This document shows positions 1 through 12,332 of a DNA stretch of 64,000 bases, piece after piece (within the stretch, counting starts at the first letter, position 1; every line of letters begins with the position of its first letter). The DNA comes from Scenedesmus sp. PABB004 (taxonomy: Eukaryota): assembly GCA_014905635.1 (NCBI GenBank), contig JABVCE010000027.1:1-64000 (forward strand), written 5' to 3'. The position numbers and the translations under genes were made by a program. The notes below the pieces were generated by a model, which was not told the origin of the DNA, ran no database searches, and saw nothing but the letters and a program-made list of their open reading frames with translations.

Positions 1-984
1 TTCCCCTGCCCCGCCGCCCCTGCGGAGCGGAGGTGCGGGGCTCCAACGGGCTGCCCCGGCACGCGCTGCGCCGCCGAGGTCCGCCGCCGCCGGCCGCGCC
101 GCGCCGCGGGCCGCGCGCCGCCCGCGCGCGCGCCGCTCGGCGGCGCCGCGGCGCAGCGCTGCCGGGCGCCGTTTCCCCTGCCCCGCCGCCCCCTGCGGAG
201 CGGAGGTGCGGGGCTCCAACGGGCTGCCCCGGCACGCGCTGCGCCGCCGAGGTCCGCCGCCGCGCGGCCCCGCGCCGCGCCGCGGCCGCCGCGCCGCCCG
301 CGCCGCGCGCCGCTCGCGGCGCCGCGGCGCAGCGCTGCCGGCGCCGTTTCCCCTGCCCCGCCGCCCCTGCGGAGCGGAGGTGCGGGGCTCCAACGGGCTG
401 CCCCGGCACGCGCTGCGCCGCCGAGGTCCGCCGCCGGCGGCCGCCCGCGCGCGGCCGCGCGCGCGCCGCGGCGCGCCGCCGCGCCCGGCGGCCGCCGCGG
501 CGCAGCGCTGCCGGGCGCCGTTTCCCCTGCCCCGCCGCCCCTGCGGAGCGGAGGTGCGGGGCTCCAACGGGCTGCCCCGGCACGCGCTGCGCCGCCGAGG
601 TCCGCCGCCGGCGGCCGCGCCGCGCCGCGGGCCGCGCGCCGCCCGCGCGCGCGCCGCTCGGCGGCGCCGCGGCGCAGCGCTGCGGGCGACCGTTTCCCCT
701 GCCCCGCCGCCCCTGCGGAGCGGAGGTGCGGGGCTCCAACGGGCTGCCCCGGCACGCGCTGCGCCGCCGAGGGCGCCGCCGGCGGCCGTGCCGCGCCGCG
801 GGCCGCGCCGCGCCCGCGCGCCGCCGCTCGGCGGCGCCGCGGCGCAGCGCCTGCCGGGCGCCGTTTCCCCTGCCCCGCCGCCCCTGCGGAGCGGAGTGCG
901 GGGCTCCAACGGGCTGCCCCGGCACGCGCTGCGCCGCCGAGGTCCGCCGCCGGCGGCCGCGCCGCGCCGCGGGCCGCGCGCCGC
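1..984 (+). repeat. 172-bp GC-rich tandem satellite, segment 1 (noisier copies)
   Basis: Repeating unit CCGTTTCCCCTGCCCCGCCGCCCCTGCGGAGCGGAGGTGCGGGGCTCCAACGGGCTGCCCCGGCACG...; many small indels here; array runs off the window start. Confidence 0.97.
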
Positions 985-1347
985 TGATGAGAGTGCGTGT
1001 TTTCGGCCGCACACTCACCCCATTGCGTGCATGGAGCCTAAAGGAAGCTACTCGGAACATTGGGCCTTAGTTGGGCTCTTGTGGAAGCTGCTAACCGCGG
1101 TGGAAGCTGCTTACGGCGCAGCTACCGGCAGCCGCCGAGAAGCTGCGATTACCGATACCGTTTCGGCTATATAGCTCCGTGCGCCCGCCCCGTTTGCCTA
1201 AGGAGTCTCTTCACCACACACATGTAACCTTTGCTCCTTCACTCGTGTCTCCGTGCTCTCCGTGCTCTCTCGTTGGCCAACCGCCGCTCTCCGCCGTTGT
1301 CGACTCGCTCCTCTAGCCGGCAACAACCGCGCCTACTCCGACCAAGA
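985..1347 (+). repeat. 5' LTR of copia element 1
   Basis: Starts TGATGAGAG, ends CCGACCAAGA; TATATA at 1168-1173 and TGTAA at 1223-1227. Confidence 0.95.
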
Positions 1348-1359
1348 GGTCATGAGCCC
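1348..1359 (+). promoter_or_regulatory. Primer binding site, half-tRNA-iMet type
   Basis: GGTCATGAGCCC directly after the LTR; one mismatch to the complement of the initiator tRNA-Met anticodon stem-loop GGGCUCAUAACC. Confidence 0.75.
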
Positions 1360-1884
1360 ATCCCCGGTGCTCTAAAGGCATCGCGGAGGCTTCGCGCGCA
1401 TCGCTCCGGCAACTCGACAACTCCGCGGAGCTCCGGAGGCCTCCGTCAAGCGGCCCAAAAAGTAGGCCCCAGAATCGATCCTGCGACCTCCACCGTCCTA
1501 TTCGAGAGCCCTATTGTCTACTTGGCGCTTGGCAGAGGCCATCGCCCCTTGTTCGCGACTTCTCTTACTTGAGTCGCCCTTGTCAAACGCAGTAAATCGC
1601 GCCGCGCTTGCTCGCGCGTGCTCGTTTGCGCTCCGTCGCGCTCCGTCGCGCTTCCCGCGCCGCGCTCGATCTACTCGGCGCCGCGCGCTCGACGTCGGCC
1701 CTTCTCGCGCCGACTTTGCCTCTTCTCACGCTCAAGGGCCTCGGCCCTTCGCCCGTCCGCGCCCCCGCGCCGCTCACAGGTGTACGTACGACCCGGCCGT
1801 GCGCATCGGTCATCAAGGCGGGCGTCCGTGCACCTTGGGCGTGCGTGTCTACACGGCAGCGTGACGTTGGAGGACATCCCTCGA

Positions 1885-1982
1885 CCCGCGCCCCTACGAC
1901 CCTCGGCGCCCTCGACTCTCGCGCCCCTACGACTCTCGGCGCCCTCGGCCCTCGCGCCCCTACGACCCTCGGCGCCCTCGAC
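1885..1982 (+). repeat. Short tandem repeat (~33 bp x3) in the copia 1 leader
   Basis: CGCGCCCCTACGACCCTCGGCGCCCTCG repeated three times with small changes. Confidence 0.8.
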
Positions 1983-2292
1983 CAACTCGTAACGCGCGCC
2001 GCGCTCGCGCCCGGCCGCTCTTGCGCCCCCGCGCGTGCGCCTCGGCTACGCTCGCACGCTACGCTAGCGCGCGCCTCGTGTCTCCAAACCCGAGCTAACT
2101 TCAAAGGGGCCTTGCCCCTTCGCCGTCCGCCCGCGCCCGCGCCGTACGTAGGTGTGCGTACGTCTCGGCCCGCGTGCATCGGACATCTAGGCGGGGCGTC
2201 CGTACACCTCGTACGTGCGCGCGTCTACGGCGCGGCGTGACGTGGGAGACATCCGCCAACAACTCCATCGGCCCGCCAACGCGGCTACCGTC

Positions 2293-5200
2293 ATGATGGA
2301 CTTTGAAAAGTTTGGCGTTGAGCGATTCACCGGCTCCAACTACGTCACGTGGAGCACCAAGATTACCTTCTACCTCAAGCTCAAGGGCTTCTATGGCGCG
2401 CTCATCGACGCGCCGCCGCCCGGCAACGACGCCGACGCCGCGCCCGCGCGCGACGCCGCGCGGGACGACAAGGCCCTCGCCGCCATCGTCCTCTCCGTCG
2501 ACAACAAGATCTTGCCACTCATCCAAACGTGCACCACCGCCAAGGAGGCGTGGGACAAGCTCGCCAACATGTACCACACCCAAAACACGGCAAGCATCGT
2601 GCGCTTCAAGCGCGAGTTGAGCACGCTCGCCAAGGGCAACACCGAGACCATCACGGCCTTGCCGGCCGCGCGTACGCGCTCAAGGACAACCTCATCTCCG
2701 CCGGCGCCACGGTGGACGACATGGACATCTCGCTCGCCATGCTCGACAAGCTCCCGAGCGCCTACGAGGTCACCAAGAAGATCATCATGAGCAAGAAGCC
2801 CTTCCCCACGCTCGAGGAGGTCATCTCCGAGCTCTTGACCGTGGAGGCGCAAACCCCGGCCAACACCGAGAAGGCCTACTTTGCGACCGCGCCGCGGCCC
2901 AAGTTCAAGCCGCTCAACAAGACGTCCAACCCGCGCTTCAACAAGCCCTTCAACCCGCGCGCGCCCATGCTCGGCGCGTCGCGCTTCGTCAACCCGCCGC
3001 GCCCGTTCAACGGCGGCGGCTCGCCCGGCGGCAACCGCCGCTTCGGCGCGTCCAAGGACGCCAAAGACGTGTGCTACTATTGCAAAGAAGCCCGGCCACT
3101 TCATCGGTGAGTGCCGCGAGCGGGCCGCGGTCGAGGCGCGCAAGGGCACGCCCGACACCGAGCGGCGCGAGGTGGCGTGGACCGCCACCACGCTCGCTCC
3201 CGACTACGACAACCCGGACTACGCGTGCACGTGGTTCATCGACTCGGGGGCCGAGCGCCACATCACCAACGACGCCGGCGACCTCAACAATCCCAAGCCG
3301 TGCTCGACCAAGGTCATCGTGGGCACCGGCGAGGTGGTCGCCGCCGAGCTCGAGGGCGACGCCATCTTGCACGAGTCCAACGTCATCTCGCGGCGCATCG
3401 TGCTTCGCCGCGTGCTCTACATCCCCGGCTTTGCGGCCAAGCTCGTCTCCATCAAGATGGCCAAGCTCGCCGGCGCCACGTTCATCATGGAGGGCAACAA
3501 GTGCGCCGTGCGCATGGGCGGCGAGACGATCGTCACCGCCATCGACGCGCCCAACGGCATCCCGTGCATCGTGAGCAACACGCTCCGCGGCTCCCCGAGC
3601 CCGGCGCTCATTGCCAAAGAGGCGCCCGAGGTGTGGCACGCGCGCTTTGGCCACCTCGGCTACGCCAACCTCGAGCGCGCCGCCAAGCACGGCATGGTGA
3701 CCGGCATGGACCTCACGACCACCGACTTCAAGGCGCTCCCCATGTGCGAGCCGTGCGTGATGGGCAAGACGACGCGCCTCCCCTTCGGTGAGTCCGCGAC
3801 GGTGTACGACACGCCGCTCGCGCTCGTGAGCATGGACGTGTGCGGCCCCATGACCGAGCTCTCTTACGGCGGCGCCAAGTACGCCGCGACCTTCATCGAC
3901 CACGCGACGGGCTACTCCATCGTGCGCACGCTCAAGAGCAAGGCCGACGTCACGCCGGCCGTCAAGGAGGTGCTCACCTACATGGAGAAGCAAACCGACG
4001 CCCACGTCAAGGCCGTCCGCACCGACAACGGCTCCGAGTACGTCAACGCCGACCTCTCCGGCTTCTTCAAGGACAAGGGCATCGCGCACCAAAAGACCAT
4101 GCCCTACACGCCCGAGCAAAACGGCACCGCCGAGCGGCTCAACCGCACGCTCCTCAACAAGGTGCTCCCCATGATCTACGCCGCCGAGCTCCCGCCCGCG
4201 GCGTGGGGTGAGGCGATCATGACGGCCAACCACCTCCGCAACCTCTCTCCCGTGAGCGGCAAGCCCAAGACGCCGTTCGAGGCCTTCTTCGGCCGCAAGC
4301 CCGACGTGTCAACGCTCCGCGTCTTTGGCGCCACGGCCTACGCCCACGTGCCCAAAGAGAAGAGGACCAAGCTCGAGCCGCACGCCGAGAAGGGCATCAT
4401 GGTGGGCTACCCGGCCTTTGGCAAGGGCTACCGCATCCTCATGCCCGACGGCAACATCAAGTCGAGCCGCAACGTCGTCTTCGACGAGAGCAAGGTGCTC
4501 TCCAAGAGCTTCGCCAACTACAAGTCCCCGACGCTCATCGACCCCGACATCACCCGCTATGCCGCCGAGAAGTTCCCGGCGGACGACGCCTTTGAGGACG
4601 AGCCCGACTCCGGCGCGCACGACGGCGCGCCGCCGAGCGGCTCCCCGCCGGGCACCCCGGGCGGCTCCCCGCCCGCGAGCCCCGGCGGCTCCCCGCCCTC
4701 GAGCCCGGGCGGCTCGCCGCCGCCCGCGCCGAGCCCGGCGCCCGAGAGCAACGACAACATGCCGGCGCCGACCGCCGGCGGCACCGACTCCACCACCGGC
4801 GGCACCATCACGCGCTCGGGGCGCGTGTCGCGCAAGCCCGGTGAGTGGTGGAACGCCGCCGCCGCCGCGCACTACGCGGGGCAGATCTTGCCCGACCCGG
4901 CCACGCGCACCGAGGCGCTCGGCCGGCTCGACGCGTCCAAGTGGGACGACGCCATGAACGAGGAGATCGCCGCCCACGTGGCCAACAACACGTGGGAGCT
5001 CGACGTGCCGCCCGCCGGCGTCAAGATCATCCCGACCAAGTGGGTCCTCACGACCAAGACCGACCTCGCCGGCAACATCGAGCGCTACAAGGGCCGCATC
5101 GTCGCCAAGGGCTTCCACCAGATCGAGGGCATCGACTACGACGAGGTCTTCGCCCCCGTCGGCAAGTACGCCACGCTGCGCGCGGTGCTCGCGCTCGCTG

Positions 5201-6420
5201 CGGCGCACGACTACGAGATCATCCAAATTGACATTAAGAACGCCTTCCTCCAAGGCAACCTCGAGGAGGAGGTGTGGATCAGCCAGCCCGAGGGCTACGA
5301 CGACGGCTCCGGCCGCGCGTGCCGCCTGATCAAGGCGCTCTACGGCCTCAAGCAGGCCCCGCGCGCGTGGCACTCGCGCCTGCACGAGGAGCTCACCAAG
5401 ATGGGCTTCGCGCCGTCCAAGGCCGACGCATCGCTCTACGTCGGCACCTCCGGCGCGTACATCCTCATCTACGTCGACGACATCCTCATCATTGCGCGCA
5501 ACCGCGCGCTCGCCGAGTCGGTCAAGGCGGAGCTCTTTGCCGCCTTCAAGACCCGCGACCTCGGCGAGGTGAGCCAGTACCTCGGCATGCACATCACGCG
5601 CGACCGCATCAACAAGACCATCAAGATCACCAACGAGAAGATGGTGACCGAGCTCGTCTCCAAGTACGGGCTCGCCGACTGCGCGCCCCGCGACATCCCC
5701 GTGAGCCTCGGCACCAAGCTCACCAAGGACAACGGCGACCCGCTCGACACCGTGGCCTACCCCTACACGTCGCTCGTGGGAGCGCTCCTCTACCTCTCCA
5801 TCACGGTGCGCCCCGACATCGCCTTTGCGGTGAGCGCGTTGACGCGCTTCATGTCCTGCCCCACGACCGTGCACTGGGGCGTGGCCAAGGGCGTGCTCCG
5901 CTACCTGGCCGGCACCACCAACATCGGCATCATCTACGGCGGCATCAAGGGCAGCCTGGACCTCAACGGCATGTGTGACTCGGACTACGCGGCCGACCTC
6001 GACACGCGCCGCTCGACCACCGGCTACGTCTTCACCCTCAACGGCGGCGCGATCACCTGGTCCAGCAAGAAGCAGCAGACCGTCGCGGCCTCCACCACCG
6101 AGGCCGAGTACATGGCCGCCTCCGCTGCGGTCAAGGAGGCCCTCTGGCTGCGCAAGCTCATGAGCGACCTCAAGTTCAACATCGGCGCCATCGACATCCT
6201 CTCCGACAACCAGGGTGCGATCAAGCTGCTGCGCAACCCCGTGTCCTCGCAGCGCTCGAAGCACATTGACGTCGCGCACCACTTTGCGCGCGAGCGTGTG
6301 GCCCGCGGCGAGGTCACGTTCCACTACGTGCCCACGGCCGACAACATCGCCGACGCGCTCACCAAGCCGCTGGCGCTGTCCAAGTTTGTGGCGTGCCGCA
6401 CCGGCATGGGCATGGTGTGA
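2293..6420 (+). CDS. Copia gag-pol polyprotein with two compensating frameshifts (~2660, ~3086)
   Basis: gag (FTGSNYVTW, TAKEAWDKL); knuckle CYYCK/KPGHFIGEC; protease WFIDSGAERH; IN WHARFGH..CEPC..VRTDNGSEY..NGTAER; RT IYVDDILI; RNase H CDSDYA..TEAEY. Confidence 0.93.
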
Positions 6421-6440
6421 GTGTTGCGTCCGCGTGGGAG

Positions 6441-6803
6441 TGATGAGAGTGCGTGTTTTCGGCCGCACACTCACCCCATTGCGTGCATGGAGCCTAAAGG
6501 AAGCTACTCGGAACATTGGGCCTTAGTTGGGCTCTTGTGGAAGCTGCTAACCGCGGTGGAAGCTGCTTACGGCGCAGCTACCGGCAGCCGCCGAGAAGCT
6601 GCGATTACCGATACCGTTTCGGCTATATAGCTCCGTGCGCCCGCCCCGTTTGCCTAAGGAGTCTCTTCACCACACACATGTAACCTTTGCTCCTTCACTC
6701 GTGTCTCCGTGCTCTCCGTGCTCTCTCGTTGGCCAACCGCCGCTCTCCGCCGTTGTCGACTCGCTCCTCTAGCCGGCAACAACCGCGCCTACTCCGACCA
6801 AGA
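6441..6803 (+). repeat. 3' LTR of copia element 1
   Basis: Copy of 985-1347, preceded by short purine tract CGTGGGAG. Confidence 0.95.
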
Positions 6804-8037
6804 GCCGCCCGCGCGCGCGCCGCTCGGCGGCGCCGCGGCGCAGCGCTGCCGGGCGCCGTTTCCCCTGCCCCGCCGCCCCTGCGGAGCGGAGGTGCGGGGC
6901 TCCAACGGGCTGCCCCGGCACGCGCTGCGCCGCCGAGGTCCGCCGCCGGCGGCCGCGCCGCGCCGCGGGCCGCGCGCCGCCCGCGCGCGCGCCGCTCGGC
7001 GGCGCCGCGGCGCAGCGCTGCCGGGCGCCGTTTCCCCTGCCCCGCCGCCCCTGCGGAGCGGAGGTGCGGGGCTCCAACGGGCTGCCCCGGCACGCGCTGC
7101 GCCGCCGAGGTCCGCCGCCGCGGCCGCGCCGCGCCGCGGGCCGCGCGCCGCCCGCGCGCGCGCCGCTCGGCGGCGCCGCGGCGCAGCGCTGCCGGGCGCC
7201 GTTTCCCCTGCCCCGCCGCCCCTGCGGAGCGGAGGTGCGGGGCTCCAACGGGCTGCCCCGGCACGCGCTGCGCCGCCGAGGTCCGCCGCCGGCGGCCGCG
7301 CCGCGCCGCGGGCCGCGCGCCGCCCGCGCGCGCGCCGCTCGGCGGCGCCGCGGCGCAGCGCTGCCGGGCGCCGTTTCCCCTGCCCCGCCGCCCCTGCGGA
7401 GCGGAGGTGCGGGGCTCCAACGGGCTGCCCCGGCACGCGCTGCGCCGCCGAGGTCCGCCGCCGGCGGCCGTGCCGCGCCGCGGGCCGCGCGCCGCCCGCG
7501 CGCGCGCCGCTCGGCGGCGCCGCGGCGCAGCGCTGCCGGGCGCCGTTTCCCCTGCCCCGCCGCCCCTGCGGAGCGGAGGTGCGGGGCTCCAACGGGCTGC
7601 CCCGGCACGCGCTGCGCCGCCGAGGTCCGCCGCCGGCGGCCGCGCCGCGCCGCGGGCCGCGCGCCGCCCGCGCGCGCGCCGCTCGGCGGCGCCGCGGCGC
7701 AGCGCTGCCGGGCGCCGTTTCCCCTGCCCCGCCGCCCCTGCGGAGCGGAGGTGCGGGGCTCCAACGGGCTGCCCCGGCACGCGCTGCGCCGCCGAGGTCC
7801 GCCGCCGGCGGCCGCGCCGCGCCGCGGGCCGCGCGCCGCCCGCGCGCGCGCCGCTCGGCGGCGCCGCGGCGCAGCGCTGCCGGGCGCCGTTTCCCCTGCC
7901 CCGCCGCCCCTGCGGAGCGGAGGTGCGGGGCTCCAACGGGCTGCCCCGGCACGCGCTGCGCCGCCGAGGTCCGCCGCCGGCGGCCGCGCCGCGCCGCGGG
8001 CCGCGCGCCGCCGCGCGCGCGCCGCTCGGCGGCGCCG
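6804..8037 (+). repeat. 172-bp satellite, segment 2
   Basis: About 7 near-identical monomers, same orientation. Confidence 0.97.
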
Positions 8038-8322
8038 ATGCCCGGTGCGGCTCGCCGCACCGGAAGGGGGGTGTGCGGCCTGATCTGCTGCTGCCCCTTT
8101 GATTGCGGGGCATCACCTGGTCTCCTTGGGCGCCCGTTGGGCGTTGGCCTCTGGCTGTGCCGTTGGGTGATGTGTGTGCCCCCTCTCGGGGGGCGCCGGG
8201 GCGCGGTTTTTCACGAGGGGTTGCTGCGCTCTTCCCGTTGGAGTTTTTTTCAGTGGGCTGCCCCTGGGCCTCGGTCCTTGTTTGGTCACCCATTGTAACA
8301 AAAAAAAAAAAAAAAAAAAAAA
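8038..8322 (+). mobile_element. 5'-truncated 3'-UTR fragment of the L1-like LINE with poly(A) tail
   Basis: Matches the reverse complement of ~12333-12613; ends CATTGTAAC plus A-run; about 6 bp of satellite (CGGCGC) missing at the site rather than a TSD. Confidence 0.92.
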
Positions 8323-11300
8323 GCGCTGCCGGGCGCCGTTTCCCCTGCCCCGCCGCCCCTGCGGAGCGGAGGTGCGGGGCTCCAACGGGCTGCCCCGGCA
8401 CGCGCTGCGCCGCCGAGGTCCGCCGCCGGCGGCCGCGCCGCGCCGCGGGCCGCGCGCCGCCCGCGCGCGCGCCGCTCGGCGGCGCCGCGGCGCAGCGCTG
8501 CCGGGCGCCGTTTCCCCTGCCCCGCCGCCCCTGCGGAGCGGAGGTGCGGGGCTCCAACGGGCTGCCCCGGCACGCGCTGCGCCGCCGAGGTCCGCCGCCG
8601 GCGGCCGCGCCGCGCCGCGGGCCGCGCGCCGCCCGCGCGCGCGCCGCTCGGCGGCGCCGCGGCGCAGCGCTGCCGGGCGCCGTTTCCCCTGCCCCGCCGC
8701 CCCTGCGGAGCGGAGGTGCGGGGCTCCAACGGGCTGCCCCGGCACGCGCTGCGCCGCCGAGGTCCGCCGCCGGCGGCCGCGCCGCGCCGCGGGCCGCGCG
8801 CCGCCCGCCCGCGCGCGCGCCGCTCGGCGGCGCCGCGGCGCAGCGCTGCCGGGCGCCGTTTCCCCTGCCCCGCCGCCCCTGCGGAGCGGAGGTGCGGGGC
8901 TCCAACGGGCTGCCCCGGCACGCGCTGCGCCGCCGAGGTCCGCCGCCGGCGGCCGCGCCGCGCCGCGGGCCGCGCGCCGCCCGCCCGCGCGCGCGCCGCT
9001 CGGCGGCGCCGCGGCGCAGCGCTGCCGGGCGCCGTTTCCCCTGCCCCGCCGCCCCTGCGGAGCGGAGGTGCGGGGCTCCAACGGGCTGCCCCGGCACGCG
9101 CTGCGCCGCCGAGGTCCGCCGCCGGCGGCCGCGCCGCGCCGCGGGCCGCGCGCCGCCCGCCGCGCGCGCGCGCCGCTCGGCGGCGCCGCGGCGCAGCGCT
9201 GCCGGGCGCCGTTTCCCCTGCCCCGCCGCCCCTGCGGAGCGGAGGTGCGGGGCTCCAACGGGCTGCCCGGCACGCGCTGCGCCGCCGAGGTCCGCCGCCG
9301 GCGGCCGCGCCGCGCCGCGGGCCGCGCGCCGCCCGCGCGCGCGCCGCTCGGCGGCGCCGCGGCGCAGCGCTGCCGGGCGCCGTTTCCCCTGCCCCGCCGC
9401 CCCTGCGGAGCGGAGGTGCGGGGCTCCAACGGGCTGCCCCGGCACGCGCTGCGCCGCCGAGGTCCGCCGCCGGCGGCCGCGCCGCGCCGCGGGCCGCGCG
9501 CCGCCCGCGCGCGCGCCGCTCGGCGGCGCCGCGGCGCAGCGCTGCCGGGCGCCGTTTTCCCTGCCCCGCCGCCCCTGCGGAGCGGAGGTGCGGGGCTCCA
9601 ACGGGCTGCCCCGGCACGCGCTGCGCCGCCGAGGTCCGCCGCCGGCGGCCGCGCCGCGCCGCGGGCCGCGCGCCGCCCGCGCGCGCGCCGCTCGGCGGCG
9701 CCGCGGCGCAGCGCTGCCGGGCGCCGTTTCCCCTGCCCCGCCGCCCCTGCGGAGCGGAGGTGCGGGGCTCCAACGGGCTGCCCCGGCACGCGCTGCGCCG
9801 CCGAGGTCCGCCGCCGGCGGCCGCGCCGCGCCGCGGGCCGCGCGCCGCCGCGCGCGCGCCGCTCGGCGGCGCCGCGGCGCAGCGCTGCCGGGCGCCGTTT
9901 CCCCTGCCCCGCCGCCCCTGCGGAGCGGAGGTGCGGGGCTCCAACGGGCTGCCCCGGCACGCGCTGCGCCGCCGAGGTCCGCCGCCGGCGGCCGCGCCGC
10001 GCCGCGGGCCGCGCGCCGCCCGCGCGCGCGCCGCTCGGCGGCGCCGCGGCGCAGCGCTGCCGGGCGCCGTTTCCCCTGCCCCGCCGCCCCTGCGGAGCGG
10101 AGGTGCGGGGCTCCAACGGGCTGCCCCGGCACGCGCTGCGCCGCCGAGGTCCGCCGCCGGCGGCCGCGCCGCGCCGCGGGCCGCGCGCCGCCCGCGCGCG
10201 CGCCGCTCGGCGGCGCCGCGGCGCAGCGCTGCCGGGCGCCGTTTCCCCTGCCCCGCCGCCCCTGCGGAGCGGAGGTGCGGGGCTCCAACGGGCTGCCCCG
10301 GCACGCGCTGCGCCGCCGAGGTCCGCCGCCGGCGGCCGCGCCGCGCCGCGGGCCGCGCGCCGCCCGCGCGCGCGCCGCTCGGCGGCGCCGCGGCGCAGCG
10401 CTGCCGGGCGCCGTTTCCCCTGCCCCGCCGCCCCTGCGGAGCGGAGGTGCGGGGCTCCAACGGGCTGCCCCGGCACGCGCTGCGCCGCCGAGGTCCGCCG
10501 CCGGCGGCCGCGCCGCGCGCCGCGGGCCGCGCGCCGCCGCCCGCGCGCGCCGCTCGGCGGCGCCGCGGCGCAGCGCTGCCGGGCGCCGTTTCCCCTGCCC
10601 CGCCGCCCCTGCGGAGCGGAGGTGCGGGGCTCCAACGGGCTGCCCCGGCACGCGCTGCGCCGCCGAGGTCCGCCGCCGGCGGCCGCGCCGCGCCGCGGGC
10701 CGCGCGCCGCCCGCGCGCGCGCCGCTCGGCGGCGCCGCGGCGCAGCGCTGCCGGGCGCCGTTTCCCCTGCCCCGCCGCCCCTGCGGAGCGGAGGTGCGGG
10801 GCTCCAACGGGCTGCCCCGGCACGCGCTGCGCCGCCGAGGTCCGCCGCCGGCGGCCGCGCCGCGCCGCGGGCCGCGCGCCGCCCGCCGCGCGCGCGCCGC
10901 TCGGCGGCGCCGCGGCGCAGCGCTGCCGGGCGCCGTTTCCCCTGCCCCGCCGCCCCTGCGGAGCGGAGGTGCGGGGCTCCAACGGGCTGCCCCGGCACGC
11001 GCTGCGCCGCCGAGGTCCGCCGCCGGCGGCCGCGCCGCGCCGCGGGCCGCGCGCCGCCCGCCCGCGCGCGCGCCGCTCGGCGGCGCCGCGGCGCAGCGCT
11101 GCCGGGCGCCGTTTCCCCTGCCCCGCCGCCCCTGCGGAGCGGAGGTGCGGGGCTCCAACGGGCTGCCCCGGCACGCGCTGCGCCGCCGAGGTCCGCCGCC
11201 GGCGGCCGCGCCGCGCCGCGGGCCGCGCGCCGCCCGCCCGCGCGCGCGCCGCTCGGCGGCGCCGCGGCGCAGCGCTGCCGGGCGCCGTTTCCCCTGCCCC

Positions 11301-12332
11301 GCCGCCCCTGCGGAGCGGAGGTGCGGGGCTCCAACGGGCTGCCCCGGCACGCGCTGCGCCGCCGAGGTCCGCCGCCGGCGGCCGCGCCGCGCCGCGGGCC
11401 GCGCGCCGCCCGCCGCGCGCGCGCCGCTCGGCGGCGCCGCGGCGCAGCGCTGCCGGGCGCCGTTTCCCCTGCCCCGCCGCCCCTGCGGAGCGGAGGTGCG
11501 GGGCTCCAACGGGCTGCCCCGGCACGCGCTGCGCCGCCGAGGTCCGCCGCCGGCGGCCGCGCCGCGCCGCGGGCCGCGCGCCGCCCGCCGCGCGCGCGCC
11601 GCTCGGCGGCGCCGCGGCGCAGCGCTGCCGGGCGCCGTTTCCCCTGCCCCGCCGCCCCTGCGGAGCGGAGGTGCGGGGCTCCAACGGGCTGCCCCGGCAC
11701 GCGCTGCGCCGCCGAGGTCCGCCGCCGGCGGCCGCGCCGCGCCGCGGGCCGCGCGCCGCCCGCGCGCGCGCCGCTCGGCGGCGCCGCGGCGCAGCGCTGC
11801 CGGGCGCCGTTTTCCCTGCCCCGCCGCCCCTGCGGAGCGGAGGTGCGGGGCTCCAACGGGCTGCCCCGGCACGCGCTGCGCCGCCGAGGTCCGCCGCCGG
11901 CGGCCGCGCCGCGCCGCGGGCCGCGCGCCGCCCGCGCGCGCGCCGCTCGGCGGCGCCGCGGCGCAGCGCTGCCGGGCGCCGTTTCCCCTGCCCCGCCGCC
12001 CCTGCGGAGCGGAGGTGCGGGGCTCCAACGGGCTGCCCCGGCACGCGCTGCGCCGCCGAGGTCCGCCGCCGGCGGCCGCGCCGCGCCGCGGGCCGCGCGC
12101 CGCCCGCGCGCGCGCCGCTCGGCGGCGCCGCGGCGCAGCGCTGCCGGGCGCCGTTTCCCCTGCCCCGCCGCCCCTGCGGAGCGGAGGTGCGGGGCTCCAA
12201 CGGGCTGCCCCGGCACGCGCTGCGCCGCCGAGGTCCGCCGCCGGCGGCCGCGCCGCGCCGCGGGCCGCGCGCCGCCCGCGCGCGCGCCGCTCGGCGGCGC
12301 CGCGGCGCAGCGCTGCCGGGCGCCGTTTCCCC
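8323..12332 (+). repeat. 172-bp satellite, segment 3
   Basis: About 23 monomers. Confidence 0.97.

Larger units (their letters stand above)
985..6803 (+). mobile_element. Ty1/copia LTR retrotransposon (element 1), full length
   Basis: 363-bp direct repeats at 985-1347 and 6441-6803 that look identical; 5-bp TSD GCCGC (980-984, 6804-6808); gag-PR-IN-RT-RH order. Confidence 0.97.

Noticed and set aside
1348..1359. tRNA gene fragment
   Set aside because: Only a 12-nt primer-binding complement; no cloverleaf. No tRNA or rRNA genes were recognised in the window
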